Below, in pieces: positions 48,083 through 58,849 of a DNA stretch of 64,000 nucleotides. The stretch lies in IMG/VR virus record IMGVR_UViG_3300026078_000024, positions 28,878 through 92,877 of that record, one strand, 5' to 3'. This DNA comes from a virus. Position 1 is the stretch's first letter, and the number at the start of each line of letters is the position of its first letter. The notes below the pieces were generated by a model. That model was not told the DNA's origin. It ran no database searches and saw only the letters and a program-made list of their open reading frames with translations. The translations under genes and the position numbers were made by a program.

Positions 48083-51000
48083 TGATCACCTGAACGGCGG
48101 CATGATCGCCCTCATGCCGACGGCGGAGGACGCGGCCCGTCTCGCGGTCAAGGGCGGGGAAGCGCCGGAAGAACTCCACCTCACCCTGATGTATCTCGGG
48201 GACGACGGATCCGCCTACTCCCCGGCGGCGCAACAGGAGATCATCGGTGCCCTCATGCTGATGATCTCCGAGTTCCCGCCGATCACCGCGAAGATCTTCG
48301 GTGCCGCGCACTGGAACGGCGACGGAGACACCCCGTCCTGGGTATGGTCCGTCGGTGACCAGGCTCCGCCGGACGGCACCCCGCCCCTGGAGGCATACCA
48401 CGACGTGGCGTGCGAAGCGGTGTTCGTCGCGGCCCCCGTCGGCGTGACGATCCCGGCGCAGCATTGCCCGTGGGTCGCGCACATCTGTGCGGAGTACTCG
48501 GACGACCTCACCTTGATCAAGGAACTGGAGAAGCGCCTCGGGCCGGTGACGTTCGACCGGGTCCGCGTCTCGTTCGGGGATCAGGACACGGACATCCTCC
48601 TGACCGGGTCCATGACGGCGGCCGGACAGCTCCGACGGAAGCTCACCGACTTCGAGATCGCCTCGCGCGCCGACTTCGCCATGATCGACAAGCAGTGGGA
48701 CGATGCGGTCGGATCCGCTTTGCACGACTACGTGATCGCTGAGGCGGAACAGAGGGCGGAGATCCGGGAACAGATCACGAAGGCCGTCGACACCGACAAC
48801 CTCGCGTCTCTTGATCAGCTCCACGTCGACACGGACCACATGGCGGCCCTTCTCGCCGACCACATGACCCGGTACGCGGTCAAGGCGGGGAAGGAGATGC
48901 AGCGCGAGGCGGAGAGCCAGGGGGTGAGGGTTCCGGAATGGGACCTCAGCGGGGCGTTGCTGGCCAGCAGCGGGGCGGACGTCATCAGGTCGGTCGCCCG
49001 GGTAACGGCCCGCGCGCTGGGCCTCTCGCTGGTGCAGAGCGCCGGTCGGCGGGCCCTGACGTTCGTCACCGGCGGCAGGTCCGGGAAGGACGTCGCGGCG
49101 AAGGTCGACGAGGGCTTGAAAGATCTCTCCACCCGCACCCCGCGAGACTTCATCTCCTCCGCCATGTCATCGGCGCAGAACACCGGTCGCATGGCGGTCC
49201 TCAACGTCGCTCCGCCCGGGGTCTACATGGCCTCCGAGGTGCTCGACAAGAACACATGCGCGGCATGCCGGACGATCGACGGGACCGAGTTCACGTCGCT
49301 CGCGCAGGCGGCCGAGGCGTACCCGGCGGGAGCCGGTGGATACGTCAACTGCGCGGGCGGCGGCCGGTGCAGGGGTACGATGATCGCCGTTTGGGGATCA
49401 GCGGAGGTAGGAAGTGCAGCCCAGGAGGTAGGCATGGCCACCGTGACCGAGAACCTCGGCGGAAAGCCGAACCCGGGGACCAAGAAGGACAAGCGGCTCA
49501 AGGAAAACGATCAGTACGAGAGTGAGACCCTCGCCACGGACGACTGCGAGGGCGAGGACTGCGACGAGAACATGTCCTCCGAAGCGCATCTCTCGATCAC
49601 CGAGATCGTCAACCTCGCCTGGGACGGGTCCGCGTCCCGGTTCACGCCGGAGCAGTATCAGAAGGCGTGCGCGGCCTGCGACTCCGGGTCCGGCACCCCG
49701 AAGGAGCGGTGCTTCCTCCCCCACCACGAACCCGGCGGGGCCCTCAACGAGGACGGTCTGTCGGCCGCTGCCGGTCGTATCTCGTCTCTGTCGGGCCACG
49801 ATCCGGCGGCCGTGGCGCGCGCCAAGTCCCACCTCCGTGGGCATTACAACAAGATCGGGAAGCCGGTCCCGTCGAACCTGAAGGCCACGAACGAAGAGGT
49901 GGCAGCGCTCGCGCTGGAGGACGATTACGACCTGATCATCTGGGGTGCGCCGGTGGAGGCGTTCGAGGACACCGGATGTCCCCCGAACATGATGAAGGAC
50001 CCGGCGACCGGCGAGTGCGGACCGATGAAGGCCACCGGCGAGACGGCGCCCTGGAAGGGCGTCCTGGCGGTGGAGGACCAGGTGACGGGAGACGGCCGCG
50101 AGTTCGCCGCCGGTGCTCTCACGTGGGCCGACCCGATCGAGCCCGGCGAGGTGCTCCTCCGCTGGAACAAGGAAGACAGCCACGGCGGGGAGCCGCACAC
50201 CACGGCGGTCACCGTCGGACGGATCGACAAGATCTGGCGTGACGGAAACATGATCATGGGTCAGGGCGTGTTCGACCTCGGGTCCGACGATGGGGCGGAG
50301 GCGCACCGGCGGGTGGAGCAGAAGTTCCTCAGGGGTGTGTCGATCGACGCCGACTCGATCGGCCAGGCGGACGTGGAGTTCGTGTGGCCGGAGGGCGCCA
50401 TGGCGGAGGAGGGCGAGGAGGTGGACATCCTCGCGGCCCTGTTCATGGCACCCGAGAAGGTGGTGTACCACGGCGGCCGGATCCGCGCGGCGACCCTCTG
50501 TGACATCCCCGCCTTCAAGGAGGCGTACATCGCCCTCATGGACGACACCGGCGCGATCGTCGCCGGTGGCGCTCCGTCGGCGGATGAGATGACCGAGCGG
50601 GAACGGGAGATCGAGCGGAAGCTGATCCGGCCCAAGCCGGATCGTCTCGGATCCGCCCTTCTCGCCCATGGCGGCCCTGAATGGCGGCCCCCGGCGGAAT
50701 GGTTCGAGAACCCTCAGCTCACCCAGCCGACCACGATCCACGTCACCGAGGACGGCCGGGTGTTCGGCCATGCCGCGCAGTGGGGTGCGTGTCACATCGG
50801 GTTCATGGACGTGTGCACCCAGCCGCCGCGCGAGGACGACTTCCCGTACTTCCTCACCGGCGAATTGATCGCCGACAACGGCAAGGTGATCACGGTTGGG
50901 CAGATCACCGTCACGACCAACCACGCCGACCTCTACGTGGCGGCCGGACCGGCGAAGGAGCACTACGAGAACACCGGGAACGCGATCGCCGACGTCCACG

Positions 51001-51341
51001 TGGGTGCAGACAGGATCGGCATTTGGGTTGCCGGTGCGATCCGGCCCGGCGCCGATCCCGCCCTGGTCCACGAACTCCGCGCGGCCGGTGAGGTCTCCGG
51101 CGATTGGCGGCGCATCGGCGGGCAGCACCGCCTCGTGGGTCTTCTCGGGGTGAACGTCGGCGGGTTCGTGGTACCCCGCATGAAGGCGCGCGTGGCCGGT
51201 GGCCAGGTTCAGGCTCTCGTCGCGGCCGGTCGTCTCTCGACCGCTCACGACATGCCGGTGAAGGTCGACATGGATCTCCAGACGGCCCGTAGGATCGTGA
51301 TGGACGATCTTTCCCGCCAGATGAATGAGGGGAGTGAATGA
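48075..51341 (+). CDS. 2H phosphoesterase + MuF-like + capsid maturation protease fusion
   Basis: HLTL / HICA 2H motifs; ASEVLDKNTC..C...DG...CAGGGRCRG MuF-like region; TGDGREF, G.ID, RGVSID, ATLCDIPAF protease region; SGDWR C-domain. Confidence 0.75.
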   Translation: MANDHLNGGMIALMPTAEDAARLAVKGGEAPEELHLTLMYLGDDGSAYSPAAQQEIIGALMLMISEFPPITAKIFGAAHWNGDGDTPSWVWSVGDQAPPDGTPPLEAYHDVACEAVFVAAPVGVTIPAQHCPWVAHICAEYSDDLTLIKELEKRLGPVTFDRVRVSFGDQDTDILLTGSMTAAGQLRRKLTDFEIASRADFAMIDKQWDDAVGSALHDYVIAEAEQRAEIREQITKAVDTDNLASLDQLHVDTDHMAALLADHMTRYAVKAGKEMQREAESQGVRVPEWDLSGALLASSGADVIRSVARVTARALGLSLVQSAGRRALTFVTGGRSGKDVAAKVDEGLKDLSTRTPRDFISSAMSSAQNTGRMAVLNVAPPGVYMASEVLDKNTCAACRTIDGTEFTSLAQAAEAYPAGAGGYVNCAGGGRCRGTMIAVWGSAEVGSAAQEVGMATVTENLGGKPNPGTKKDKRLKENDQYESETLATDDCEGEDCDENMSSEAHLSITEIVNLAWDGSASRFTPEQYQKACAACDSGSGTPKERCFLPHHEPGGALNEDGLSAAAGRISSLSGHDPAAVARAKSHLRGHYNKIGKPVPSNLKATNEEVAALALEDDYDLIIWGAPVEAFEDTGCPPNMMKDPATGECGPMKATGETAPWKGVLAVEDQVTGDGREFAAGALTWADPIEPGEVLLRWNKEDSHGGEPHTTAVTVGRIDKIWRDGNMIMGQGVFDLGSDDGAEAHRRVEQKFLRGVSIDADSIGQADVEFVWPEGAMAEEGEEVDILAALFMAPEKVVYHGGRIRAATLCDIPAFKEAYIALMDDTGAIVAGGAPSADEMTEREREIERKLIRPKPDRLGSALLAHGGPEWRPPAEWFENPQLTQPTTIHVTEDGRVFGHAAQWGACHIGFMDVCTQPPREDDFPYFLTGELIADNGKVITVGQITVTTNHADLYVAAGPAKEHYENTGNAIADVHVGADRIGIWVAGAIRPGADPALVHELRAAGEVSGDWRRIGGQHRLVGLLGVNVGGFVVPRMKARVAGGQVQALVAAGRLSTAHDMPVKVDMDLQTARRIVMDDLSRQMNEGSE

Positions 51342-51433
51342 CGATGTGCGGTTGTGGTGGCCAGGTTCCCCCGCCCCCTCCCCCGCCTCCGGTCGGCGGC
51401 CAGCAGCCCCCGGCGGAGCCGGAACAGAAGTAG
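51338..51433 (+). CDS. tiny CGC/Pro-rich protein
   Basis: MTMCGCGGQVPPPPPPPPVGGQQPPAEPEQK; ATGA overlap. Confidence 0.5.
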   Translation: MTMCGCGGQVPPPPPPPPVGGQQPPAEPEQK

Positions 51434-51643
51434 TCCCCCGGACCGGGGTCGATCTTGGTCGGTCCGGCCCCGTGAGAGCCCCCGTCGGCGTGTCCTCGTT
51501 CGCCGATGGGGGCCTCTCTGTGCCCTCATATGTGCTTTGACCAGGCCATTCGAAAGATACTCGATCTTTGGAAGATTCGTGATCAGGTGCTACGGTGCGG
51601 CCCGAACGATCAACGACAGCGTCTGCTCATTCCGGAGGTCATC

Positions 51644-53425
51644 GTGCCCGAGCAGCTCGAACGCATCACGGTCCCGGGCAATCTCATTCCGCTCGAAGAC
51701 GACGAACTCCAGACGCTGCACGACAACGTGCTTGCAGCGTTCAACGATGTCCGGGACAAGGGCCCCGGCCACTACGAGGAGACCGACCTCTCGTACGCGT
51801 ACGAACTGCGTGACGGTCTTTCTCGGGTGAAGGCCGAGATGTCCGCCCGGAAGGTGCGTGCCGAGCAGACGGCCGCCAGCCAGGCTCTCAAGGCCGAGCG
51901 CGTCATGAACGAGATCAACGAGTCGATCAACGGCGCGGCCGAGGGCACCCCCGAGGCGGTCGTCCAGCAGGCCAAGAGCGACCTGGAGCGCGAGAAGGCG
52001 ATCGCGGCAGCGGCGGCCCAGGGCGTCACGGACGCCATGATCAAGCTCTTCGGCGACCGGCGTGGCAACTTCATGCAGGTCACGGAGCGGGCCCCGGCGT
52101 CTCTCGGTGCCACCCAGCAGAAGGCCCCGAAGGTCGACGTACCCCAGCCCACCCTCGGCGTGACGGCCGCCGGATCCGGCCAGGCCCTCACCTCGCTGGA
52201 GTCTCTCGGCGACGCGTTCACCCGCATGGCCGGAGACATCCCGGTCACTCAGCTCGGCCGCCACGCCCCGCGCCACAAGGTCGCGTCGATCGCGAACGAC
52301 TTCAAGTACCGGGCCGACCGGGACACCTCGCCGTACGTCCTCCAGGAGTACATGGACGAGATGATGTCTCAGGACGGGTCCCCCGCCCTGACGGCCGCCG
52401 GTGGCTGGTGTGCACCGAACGAGATCCGTTACAACTTCTTCAACATCGCCGAGGAGCCCTCCGGCATCGTCGACCTCCCCACGGTCGGCGTGACCCGAGG
52501 CGGCCTCCAGTGGCCGGTCTCTCCCGCCATCGGAGACGTGTTCTTCCAGGCGGGCGGCTCCAACCCGGCATCCGGCTTCGGTGGCTTCGCGTTCAGCTTC
52601 GCGAACACCTCCGACCCGTGGCTGTGGTCCGAGACGGACGACATCCTCACCGTCACCGGCTCGGTCAACAAGCCGACCCTCCGCGTCCCCTGCTCGTCCT
52701 TCACGTCCGGTCGCCTTGAGGCGTACGGCATCACGCTGACGGCGGGCAACCTGACCGACTCGGCGTACCCGGAGCAGACGCAGAACTTCCTCCGCCTCCT
52801 CCGCATGGCGTATGCCCACGCGATCAACGCGCGCCTGATCTCCCTCATGGCGTCCGCGTCCACGGCCTTCTCGGGTCTCGGCGGTTCGGGCAAGCCTGCC
52901 TTCCAGACGATCCTGGACGGCGTCGAACTCGCGGCCACCGACTACCGCAACAAGTTCGCCATGGCGGACGACGCGGTCCTTGAAGTCATCCTCCCCAGGT
53001 ACGTCCTCGCGGTGATCCGGGCGGACCTCGCCTGGAGGACCCGCCAGGAGGGCTCGAACTCCGTGCCGGACAGCACGATCCGGAGCTACTTCACTGACCG
53101 TGGTGTTCGCGCTCAGTTCGTCTCGGACTACCAGGTTCGCGGTTCCGGCCAGTTCGGCAACAACGTGACCACCCTCACCACGTGGCCGACCACGGCGGAC
53201 ATGCTGATCTACGCCCCCGGCACCTTCCTCCACGGCCAGGGCATGTCCCTGGACCTCGGTGTCGTGCGTGACTCCGTCCTCAACGCCGAGAACGACTTCA
53301 CAGCTGCCTGGGCGGAAGAGACCCACATGATCGCCAAGGTGGGTCACGAGAGCCGGAAGTACACGATCACCTACGGCGTCGCGGGTGCCGGTACCGCCGA
53401 CCTCTCCGCAGGCGCTCAGCTCTGA
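51644..53425 (+). CDS. major capsid (hexamer) protein with N-terminal scaffold-like coiled coil
   Basis: RBS GGAGG; LTAAGGWCAP, DLP...RGG, LDLGVVRDS.LN..NDFT. Confidence 0.88.
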   Translation: MPEQLERITVPGNLIPLEDDELQTLHDNVLAAFNDVRDKGPGHYEETDLSYAYELRDGLSRVKAEMSARKVRAEQTAASQALKAERVMNEINESINGAAEGTPEAVVQQAKSDLEREKAIAAAAAQGVTDAMIKLFGDRRGNFMQVTERAPASLGATQQKAPKVDVPQPTLGVTAAGSGQALTSLESLGDAFTRMAGDIPVTQLGRHAPRHKVASIANDFKYRADRDTSPYVLQEYMDEMMSQDGSPALTAAGGWCAPNEIRYNFFNIAEEPSGIVDLPTVGVTRGGLQWPVSPAIGDVFFQAGGSNPASGFGGFAFSFANTSDPWLWSETDDILTVTGSVNKPTLRVPCSSFTSGRLEAYGITLTAGNLTDSAYPEQTQNFLRLLRMAYAHAINARLISLMASASTAFSGLGGSGKPAFQTILDGVELAATDYRNKFAMADDAVLEVILPRYVLAVIRADLAWRTRQEGSNSVPDSTIRSYFTDRGVRAQFVSDYQVRGSGQFGNNVTTLTTWPTTADMLIYAPGTFLHGQGMSLDLGVVRDSVLNAENDFTAAWAEETHMIAKVGHESRKYTITYGVAGAGTADLSAGAQL

Positions 53426-53496
53426 TCATCGTCGTCCTTGTCGCCGGGTGGGATCACCGCCCACCCGGCGATCGATTTCAGGGAAGGCGGTGAATC

Positions 53497-54414
53497 ATGG
53501 CCGGACCTCGCGTCGTCGTACCGGGCCCGTCCTTCACCCCGCTCCCGTACTCGCTGTGGGACGCGGTGCAGAAGCCGACGGCGGCCGACAACCACTGGCA
53601 GAACGGGATCACGTGGGTCGACCGGTGCGGCAACGGCGACACCCTGTACGAGGAGTGCATTGCGGTCACCGGGTCCGGCGGTTCGCCGACGGCGCAGGCG
53701 TCCATGGCGAGCAACATCACGCAGACGAACCGGGGTGCCACCCCCTTCGCCTGCTACGCCGAATTCGACTGTTCTCCGGTCGGCCTGGCCGACGCGCAGA
53801 CGATCGCGGACGACTCGCTCGCCAAGATCCGGAACTTCCAGCTCGAACGGGCCTTCTGGTCCGGCACCGCCGGTAAGACCAAGACCGGCAACGTCGCGCA
53901 GACCACCGTGTTCCCGCACCTCGCGGCGAACGCGACCCTGACCGACCCGAACGACTCCACGATCACCCTTCAGCCGGTGGCCAACATGTCCGCCTCCGGC
54001 GGCGCGACCACGGACGTGGCCGACGGCCTCGGGCAGCTTCAGGGCGCTCTTGCGAGTGCGTACCACGGCGTCGGAGTGATCCACATTCCGACGGCGGCAC
54101 TGCCCACGTTCGTTGCCTGGGATCTCGTCGAGGACCGTGACGGCGGGCTGTATACCCACACCGGTAACCGGGTGGTCGTCGGCCACGGGTACCCCGGCAC
54201 GTCCCCGGCCGGGGTGGCACCGGCGGCCGGAACCACGTGGATCTACGGCACCGGGGCCGTGTTCGGTTATCAGGCGTCGGTCGAGATGGGCTCACTCAAT
54301 GAGCTGTTCGACCGGTCGGAGAACACCCACCACATGGTGGCCCAGCAGGTCTACGTGCTCGGCTTCGAGTGCGCCCTGTACGCAACGCAAGTACAACTCG
54401 GCGTGCCCACATAA
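53497..54414 (+). CDS. second capsid (pentamer-type) protein
   Basis: Follows the major capsid gene; HWQNG, PF..YA...C, ERAFW, T.TGN.VV.G.GY, as in Rosebush-like phages. Confidence 0.7.
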   Translation: MAGPRVVVPGPSFTPLPYSLWDAVQKPTAADNHWQNGITWVDRCGNGDTLYEECIAVTGSGGSPTAQASMASNITQTNRGATPFACYAEFDCSPVGLADAQTIADDSLAKIRNFQLERAFWSGTAGKTKTGNVAQTTVFPHLAANATLTDPNDSTITLQPVANMSASGGATTDVADGLGQLQGALASAYHGVGVIHIPTAALPTFVAWDLVEDRDGGLYTHTGNRVVVGHGYPGTSPAGVAPAAGTTWIYGTGAVFGYQASVEMGSLNELFDRSENTHHMVAQQVYVLGFECALYATQVQLGVPT

Positions 54415-54426
54415 GGAGTTGAGACC

Positions 54427-55116
54427 GTGGCAACGACGACGTTCAATGCCGCTCCGATCAAGGGGCGCGTCTTCCGTATCGTCAAGCTGGACTCGTGCGG
54501 CAACCCGGTCACCGGCACCGGTTCGGGTATGCAGCTCGTTCACGCAGCGTTCACGCAGATCGGGCAGGACCCGCAGTACGAAGACGGCGTGGAGTTCTTC
54601 GAGAGGACGGCGTCCGGCGCCCTGTGCGTCAACCAGAAGGACGACCCGATCCTCAAGAGGATCAACCTGACCATCGACTTCTGCTCGATCAACGTCACCG
54701 GCGCGTCCTATATGGCGTCGGCAACCGAACTCACGACCGGGTCTCCCACCACCGGTTACGGCTTCGCCCTCTCCGAGGGCGCGTCGTCCAACCGGTACTC
54801 CCTGGAGGTCTGGCAGGAGGTCGCGGGGTCCGGCGCGTGTTCGGCCACCGGCCAGCAGCAGTACATCTACAACGCCTGGCCGAACGTCGGTGCGACCAAG
54901 GTCAACAACTACAACGTCGAACTTGCCCGGTCGACCCTCGAACTGATGGCAGAGACGCGCGCCGTGTCCGTGGCCTCGAACGGCTGGCTGTCCAAGAACG
55001 GATCCGCGTCCTGGCTCCCTGCCGGTATCTCCCTCGCGGGCACCGAGCACTGGCTGTGGAACATCACCACCACGGCGCCTCCGACGGCTGCGGTCAACCC
55101 GACGGCGAACCTCTGA
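54427..55116 (+). CDS. major tail protein
   Basis: IKGR..RIVKLDSCG, ASG.LC, GFAL, LEVW. Confidence 0.8.
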   Translation: MATTTFNAAPIKGRVFRIVKLDSCGNPVTGTGSGMQLVHAAFTQIGQDPQYEDGVEFFERTASGALCVNQKDDPILKRINLTIDFCSINVTGASYMASATELTTGSPTTGYGFALSEGASSNRYSLEVWQEVAGSGACSATGQQQYIYNAWPNVGATKVNNYNVELARSTLELMAETRAVSVASNGWLSKNGSASWLPAGISLAGTEHWLWNITTTAPPTAAVNPTANL

Positions 55117-55118
55117 TC

Positions 55119-55439
55119 ATGAGAGGAGTCGTCCTCAACCCGGGACCGAGGCAGTGGGAATGCGCCCACTGCCCGGTCACCGACGTGACCCCGTGGGACA
55201 CGCCGAACCGGTACCACCCCTGCTCCGGCCTGGGCGGGATCACCGCCCCCATGATCCCGGCCGGGTCGGGGGCCCGGACACGCTCCGTGGTCCGAGAAGA
55301 CTACGTGGGAGACGAGATCGTCCAGTACGACTGGTGGGGACGGCCGATCATGTCGGTCGTCACCGAGCGGCCGGACGGATCCAATGATGTGACGGTCCTT
55401 GCGCCGACTGCGCGCATGATCACTCAGGCGGTGATGTGA
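55119..55439 (+). CDS. hypothetical protein
   Basis: WECAHC, HPC..L.G..APM, REDYVG, DGSND. Confidence 0.65.
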   Translation: MRGVVLNPGPRQWECAHCPVTDVTPWDTPNRYHPCSGLGGITAPMIPAGSGARTRSVVREDYVGDEIVQYDWWGRPIMSVVTERPDGSNDVTVLAPTARMITQAVM

Positions 55440-55440
55440 C

Positions 55441-55932
55441 GTGGCATGGTCCGCCAGCAACGTCTTCCAGGAGTGGGTCAAGAACCCCCTCTTCAACGGC
55501 TCCGGCGGTACGCCCCCGACCAGCTACACCGGGTACCTCACGGACACGATGAACTGCGCCCTCTACGCGTCCGGCATCACCCCGGACCGCAACGCAGCCG
55601 TCGGTTCCACCGGGTACAACACCGGCGTGTGGATCACCGGTAACGAAAAGACCGGCTCCTCCGAATGGGTGGCAGGCGGCCGGGCCCTCGCGTCCAAGAC
55701 GAACGCGGCCAGTTCCGGCACGATCACCCTCGACGCGGCCGACCTCACCGGGTCGGCATCCATCACCATGACGTCCGTGGAAGGCTGCCTGATCTACGAC
55801 AACACGATCTCCGGCGGCACGGTGGCCAAACAGGGCATGTGCTTCCTGTGGTTCGGCGGTGCTCAGTCGGTCACGACCGGTACGTTCTCCGTCGTGTTCA
55901 ACGCGGCCGGTATCGTCACGGCGACGGTCTGA
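55441..55932 (+). CDS. virion structural protein
   Basis: G/S/T-rich beta protein; DAAD, GTF.V.F.A.GI. Confidence 0.7.
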   Translation: MAWSASNVFQEWVKNPLFNGSGGTPPTSYTGYLTDTMNCALYASGITPDRNAAVGSTGYNTGVWITGNEKTGSSEWVAGGRALASKTNAASSGTITLDAADLTGSASITMTSVEGCLIYDNTISGGTVAKQGMCFLWFGGAQSVTTGTFSVVFNAAGIVTATV

Positions 55933-55942
55933 GGAGTAGATC

Positions 55943-56473
55943 ATGGCACGCACTCTCTACGTCGCCCCCGTCCCGCCGCTCAACACCGGCACGGGCACCG
56001 TGGCGAACACCGCTTCGATCACGGATGCGTCCCCGGCACCGCAGATCATTCTCCCCGCGAACCTTCTCGACGTCGGGCAGATCCTCCGGCTGAAGGCGTT
56101 CGGGGTGCTGTCCACCACGGGCACCCCGACGATCATTCTCGGGTTCTACTACGGCGCGGTGGCCGGTACCGCCCTGGCGGCGTCCGCTGCGATCACCACC
56201 GGCTCCGGCGTGGCGAACGTCCCATGGGAGATCGAATACGAGGGGCGCGTGCGGACCACCGGATCCACCGGCACGATCATGGGGCGCGGGACCATGCAGC
56301 TCGGAACGTCCGTGTCTGCGATCACGTTCAACCCGATTCCGGCCACGGCCCTGGCCACGGTGACGATCGACACGACCACGGCCAAGCAGATCACCGTGGG
56401 TGCCACGTGGAGCGCGGCGTCTTCTTCGAACACCCTGACCTGCCACCACTTCGGCGTCGAACTGATCGGCTGA
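55943..56473 (+). CDS. virion structural protein
   Basis: T/A/G-rich beta-sandwich composition. Confidence 0.7.
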   Translation: MARTLYVAPVPPLNTGTGTVANTASITDASPAPQIILPANLLDVGQILRLKAFGVLSTTGTPTIILGFYYGAVAGTALAASAAITTGSGVANVPWEIEYEGRVRTTGSTGTIMGRGTMQLGTSVSAITFNPIPATALATVTIDTTTAKQITVGATWSAASSSNTLTCHHFGVELIG

Positions 56474-56503
56474 TCCCAGGGAGCAGTCTGGCCGGAGGCA
56501 ATC

Positions 56504-58849
56504 ATGGGCCTTGTTCAGACGAAACAGGGCTCTGCCGCTTCTGGCTCGCTGACCATCACACTCGACGCGCCAACGACGGCGGGCAATGCCCTGATCGTCA
56601 TCCTCGCGTCGTCGGGCACCACGACCAACCCCACCTCGGTCTCCTCGATCACCCTGGGTGGCAGTGCCGGTAACTTCGTCTCGGTCAGTACCTTCGGGTC
56701 GGCATCCGACGCGGCGATCGGCGCGACCTGGCTCGACCTGAACTGTGTGGGCGGACAGACCTCCGTCGCTATCACCATGTCCGGCGGCTCCGGGACGATC
56801 GCGACCCTGGCCACGGTGTACGAGTGGTCCGGGTTGGTCGCGGCCAGCGCGTTCGACAAGACGTCCGGCGGAGTGAGCGCCGGGTCGACCTCGTGGACGT
56901 CCGGCACGACGGCGGCCGTCTCCCAGCCGTCCGAACTCCTGATCGGCGGATCCTTCGTCACGGTGTCCGGCAGTTCTCCGACGATCACCGGGCCCACCTC
57001 CCCGTGGAACAACCTCTCCCAGGTGTCCCAGGCGCAGGGGTCGTTCAACGACGCATGGATGAGCGGATATCAGGTGATCTCCTCGGGAGGCACCGCCACC
57101 TATTCGGGCACCGTCTCTCCGTCGAGCCAGTCGATCTCCCAGGTCAACACGTTCAAATTGCTGGTGGCCGAACCCACCCCCATGCTGCCGCTCTTCCTGC
57201 CCGGCGATGATCCCTTCAGCGGGATCAAGCCGTGGGGCGGGGTGGACGACTGGCAGCACGACGTGACCGTGATCGCCGGAGTGGCGTCGATCAAGTTCGA
57301 GGCCCCGACGTTCAACAACACCATGCTGCTCTTGGCTCTCGCCAATGAACGCGGCATGGGTGCGCGGGGAATCGGCGTCGATGATCCGGACGTCCGGCTC
57401 GATCCCCTCCTCACCCCGGACGACGTCACCGGCGGCATGGCTCCCTGGGGCGGCGCTCCGGACTCCGGCACCGTCTCGGCCGTGTCGGTGAACGCCGGAG
57501 TAGCCTCGGTCTCGTTCTCCGCCCAGGCGCCGACGGCGGGGATCTCGGCCCTGCCCGGCCAGGCGGCGATGACGATCACCGGGCAGGGACCGACGGCGGG
57601 CGTGGCGGCCCTCCCCGGCGCGTCCTCGGTTACCATCTCCTCTCAGGCCCCGGTCGTAGGTCTGAGCGCTCTTCCCGGATCGTCCGCTGTCGTCATCAGC
57701 GGGCAGTCGTCATCGGCGGGAATAGCTCCCACGGCCGGGGTGTCCTCGATCACCTTCTCCGCCAAGGACGCCCTTGCGGGTCCTGGTGGTGCCGCTGGCG
57801 TTGCGTCGATCACCTTCGCGGCCAAGGACGCGTCCACGGGTCTCGGGGTGAACGCGGGCGCGGCGGCCGTGTCGTTCTCCGCCCAGGCCCCAACGGCGGG
57901 CGTTACTGCCCTCCCGGGGGCCGCAGCCGTCTCGCTCACGGGTCAGCAGCCCATGGTGGGCCTGGGGGCCCTCCCCGGTACCGCTGCGGTCACCACGGCG
58001 GTCCAGCAGGACACGACCGGTCTCGGGGCGAACGCGGGCGCGGCGGCCGTCGCCTTCGCGGCCCTCCAGCCGACAGTGATCGCACTCGACGGGACCTACG
58101 ACCCCTCCCCGCCTCTCTTCCTGCCGGACGACCCGTACGGAGGGATCTTCCCGTGGGGCGGCGCAACAGACGGATTGATCACCGGAGATCTTTCCGTAGG
58201 TGCCGGGGTGGCGACGATCACGATCACCGCCCAGTCGCCGACGGCGGGGATCTCGGCCCTGCCCGGCACGGCAACGATGATCCAAACCTCTCAGTCGCCC
58301 GCTGCGGGCCTTTCAGCCCTGCCCGGGACCGGTTCCATCAACTTCACCGGAAACTCGCCTACGGCGGGAGCTGGGGCGCAAGCCGGGGCAGCCACGGTGA
58401 GTCTCTCCGCCCGTGCTCCGTCCGCCGGTGTCTCCGCCCTGCCGGGAACCGCTGCGGTCACCGTCTCCGGGGATCAGCCGTCGGTGGGGATCGCGCCGGT
58501 GGCGGGCGCGGCGGCCGTCGCCTTCACCGGCCGTTCCGCCCTCGCCGGTCCGGGCGGAACCGCTGGCGTTGCCAGCATCTCCTTCTCCGTCCCGGCGCCC
58601 CGCGTCGGCCTCGGGGCGGCCCCCGGCGTGGCGGCCGTCTCCTTCTCGGCCGTCAACGCCTCCGTGGTCCTCCCGCAGAGCGGAGCACCCACGGTGATCT
58701 CGGGACGGCAGCCGCTCGGCCAGCTGTACGGCCGGGAGCCGATCAGTCCTGCCACCGGCCGGGAGACCGGGCCGATCTCCGGTCGAGGAACGATATCTTC
58801 AACATCAGGAACTGAGCCCGACTCCACGATCAGCGGGAGGGAGCCATGA
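56504..58849 (+). CDS. fibre-like virion protein with ~20-aa repeats
   Basis: Repeats such as AGVASITFSAQAPTAGISALPG; PWGG motif three times. Confidence 0.75.
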   Translation: MGLVQTKQGSAASGSLTITLDAPTTAGNALIVILASSGTTTNPTSVSSITLGGSAGNFVSVSTFGSASDAAIGATWLDLNCVGGQTSVAITMSGGSGTIATLATVYEWSGLVAASAFDKTSGGVSAGSTSWTSGTTAAVSQPSELLIGGSFVTVSGSSPTITGPTSPWNNLSQVSQAQGSFNDAWMSGYQVISSGGTATYSGTVSPSSQSISQVNTFKLLVAEPTPMLPLFLPGDDPFSGIKPWGGVDDWQHDVTVIAGVASIKFEAPTFNNTMLLLALANERGMGARGIGVDDPDVRLDPLLTPDDVTGGMAPWGGAPDSGTVSAVSVNAGVASVSFSAQAPTAGISALPGQAAMTITGQGPTAGVAALPGASSVTISSQAPVVGLSALPGSSAVVISGQSSSAGIAPTAGVSSITFSAKDALAGPGGAAGVASITFAAKDASTGLGVNAGAAAVSFSAQAPTAGVTALPGAAAVSLTGQQPMVGLGALPGTAAVTTAVQQDTTGLGANAGAAAVAFAALQPTVIALDGTYDPSPPLFLPDDPYGGIFPWGGATDGLITGDLSVGAGVATITITAQSPTAGISALPGTATMIQTSQSPAAGLSALPGTGSINFTGNSPTAGAGAQAGAATVSLSARAPSAGVSALPGTAAVTVSGDQPSVGIAPVAGAAAVAFTGRSALAGPGGTAGVASISFSVPAPRVGLGAAPGVAAVSFSAVNASVVLPQSGAPTVISGRQPLGQLYGREPISPATGRETGPISGRGTISSTSGTEPDSTISGREP

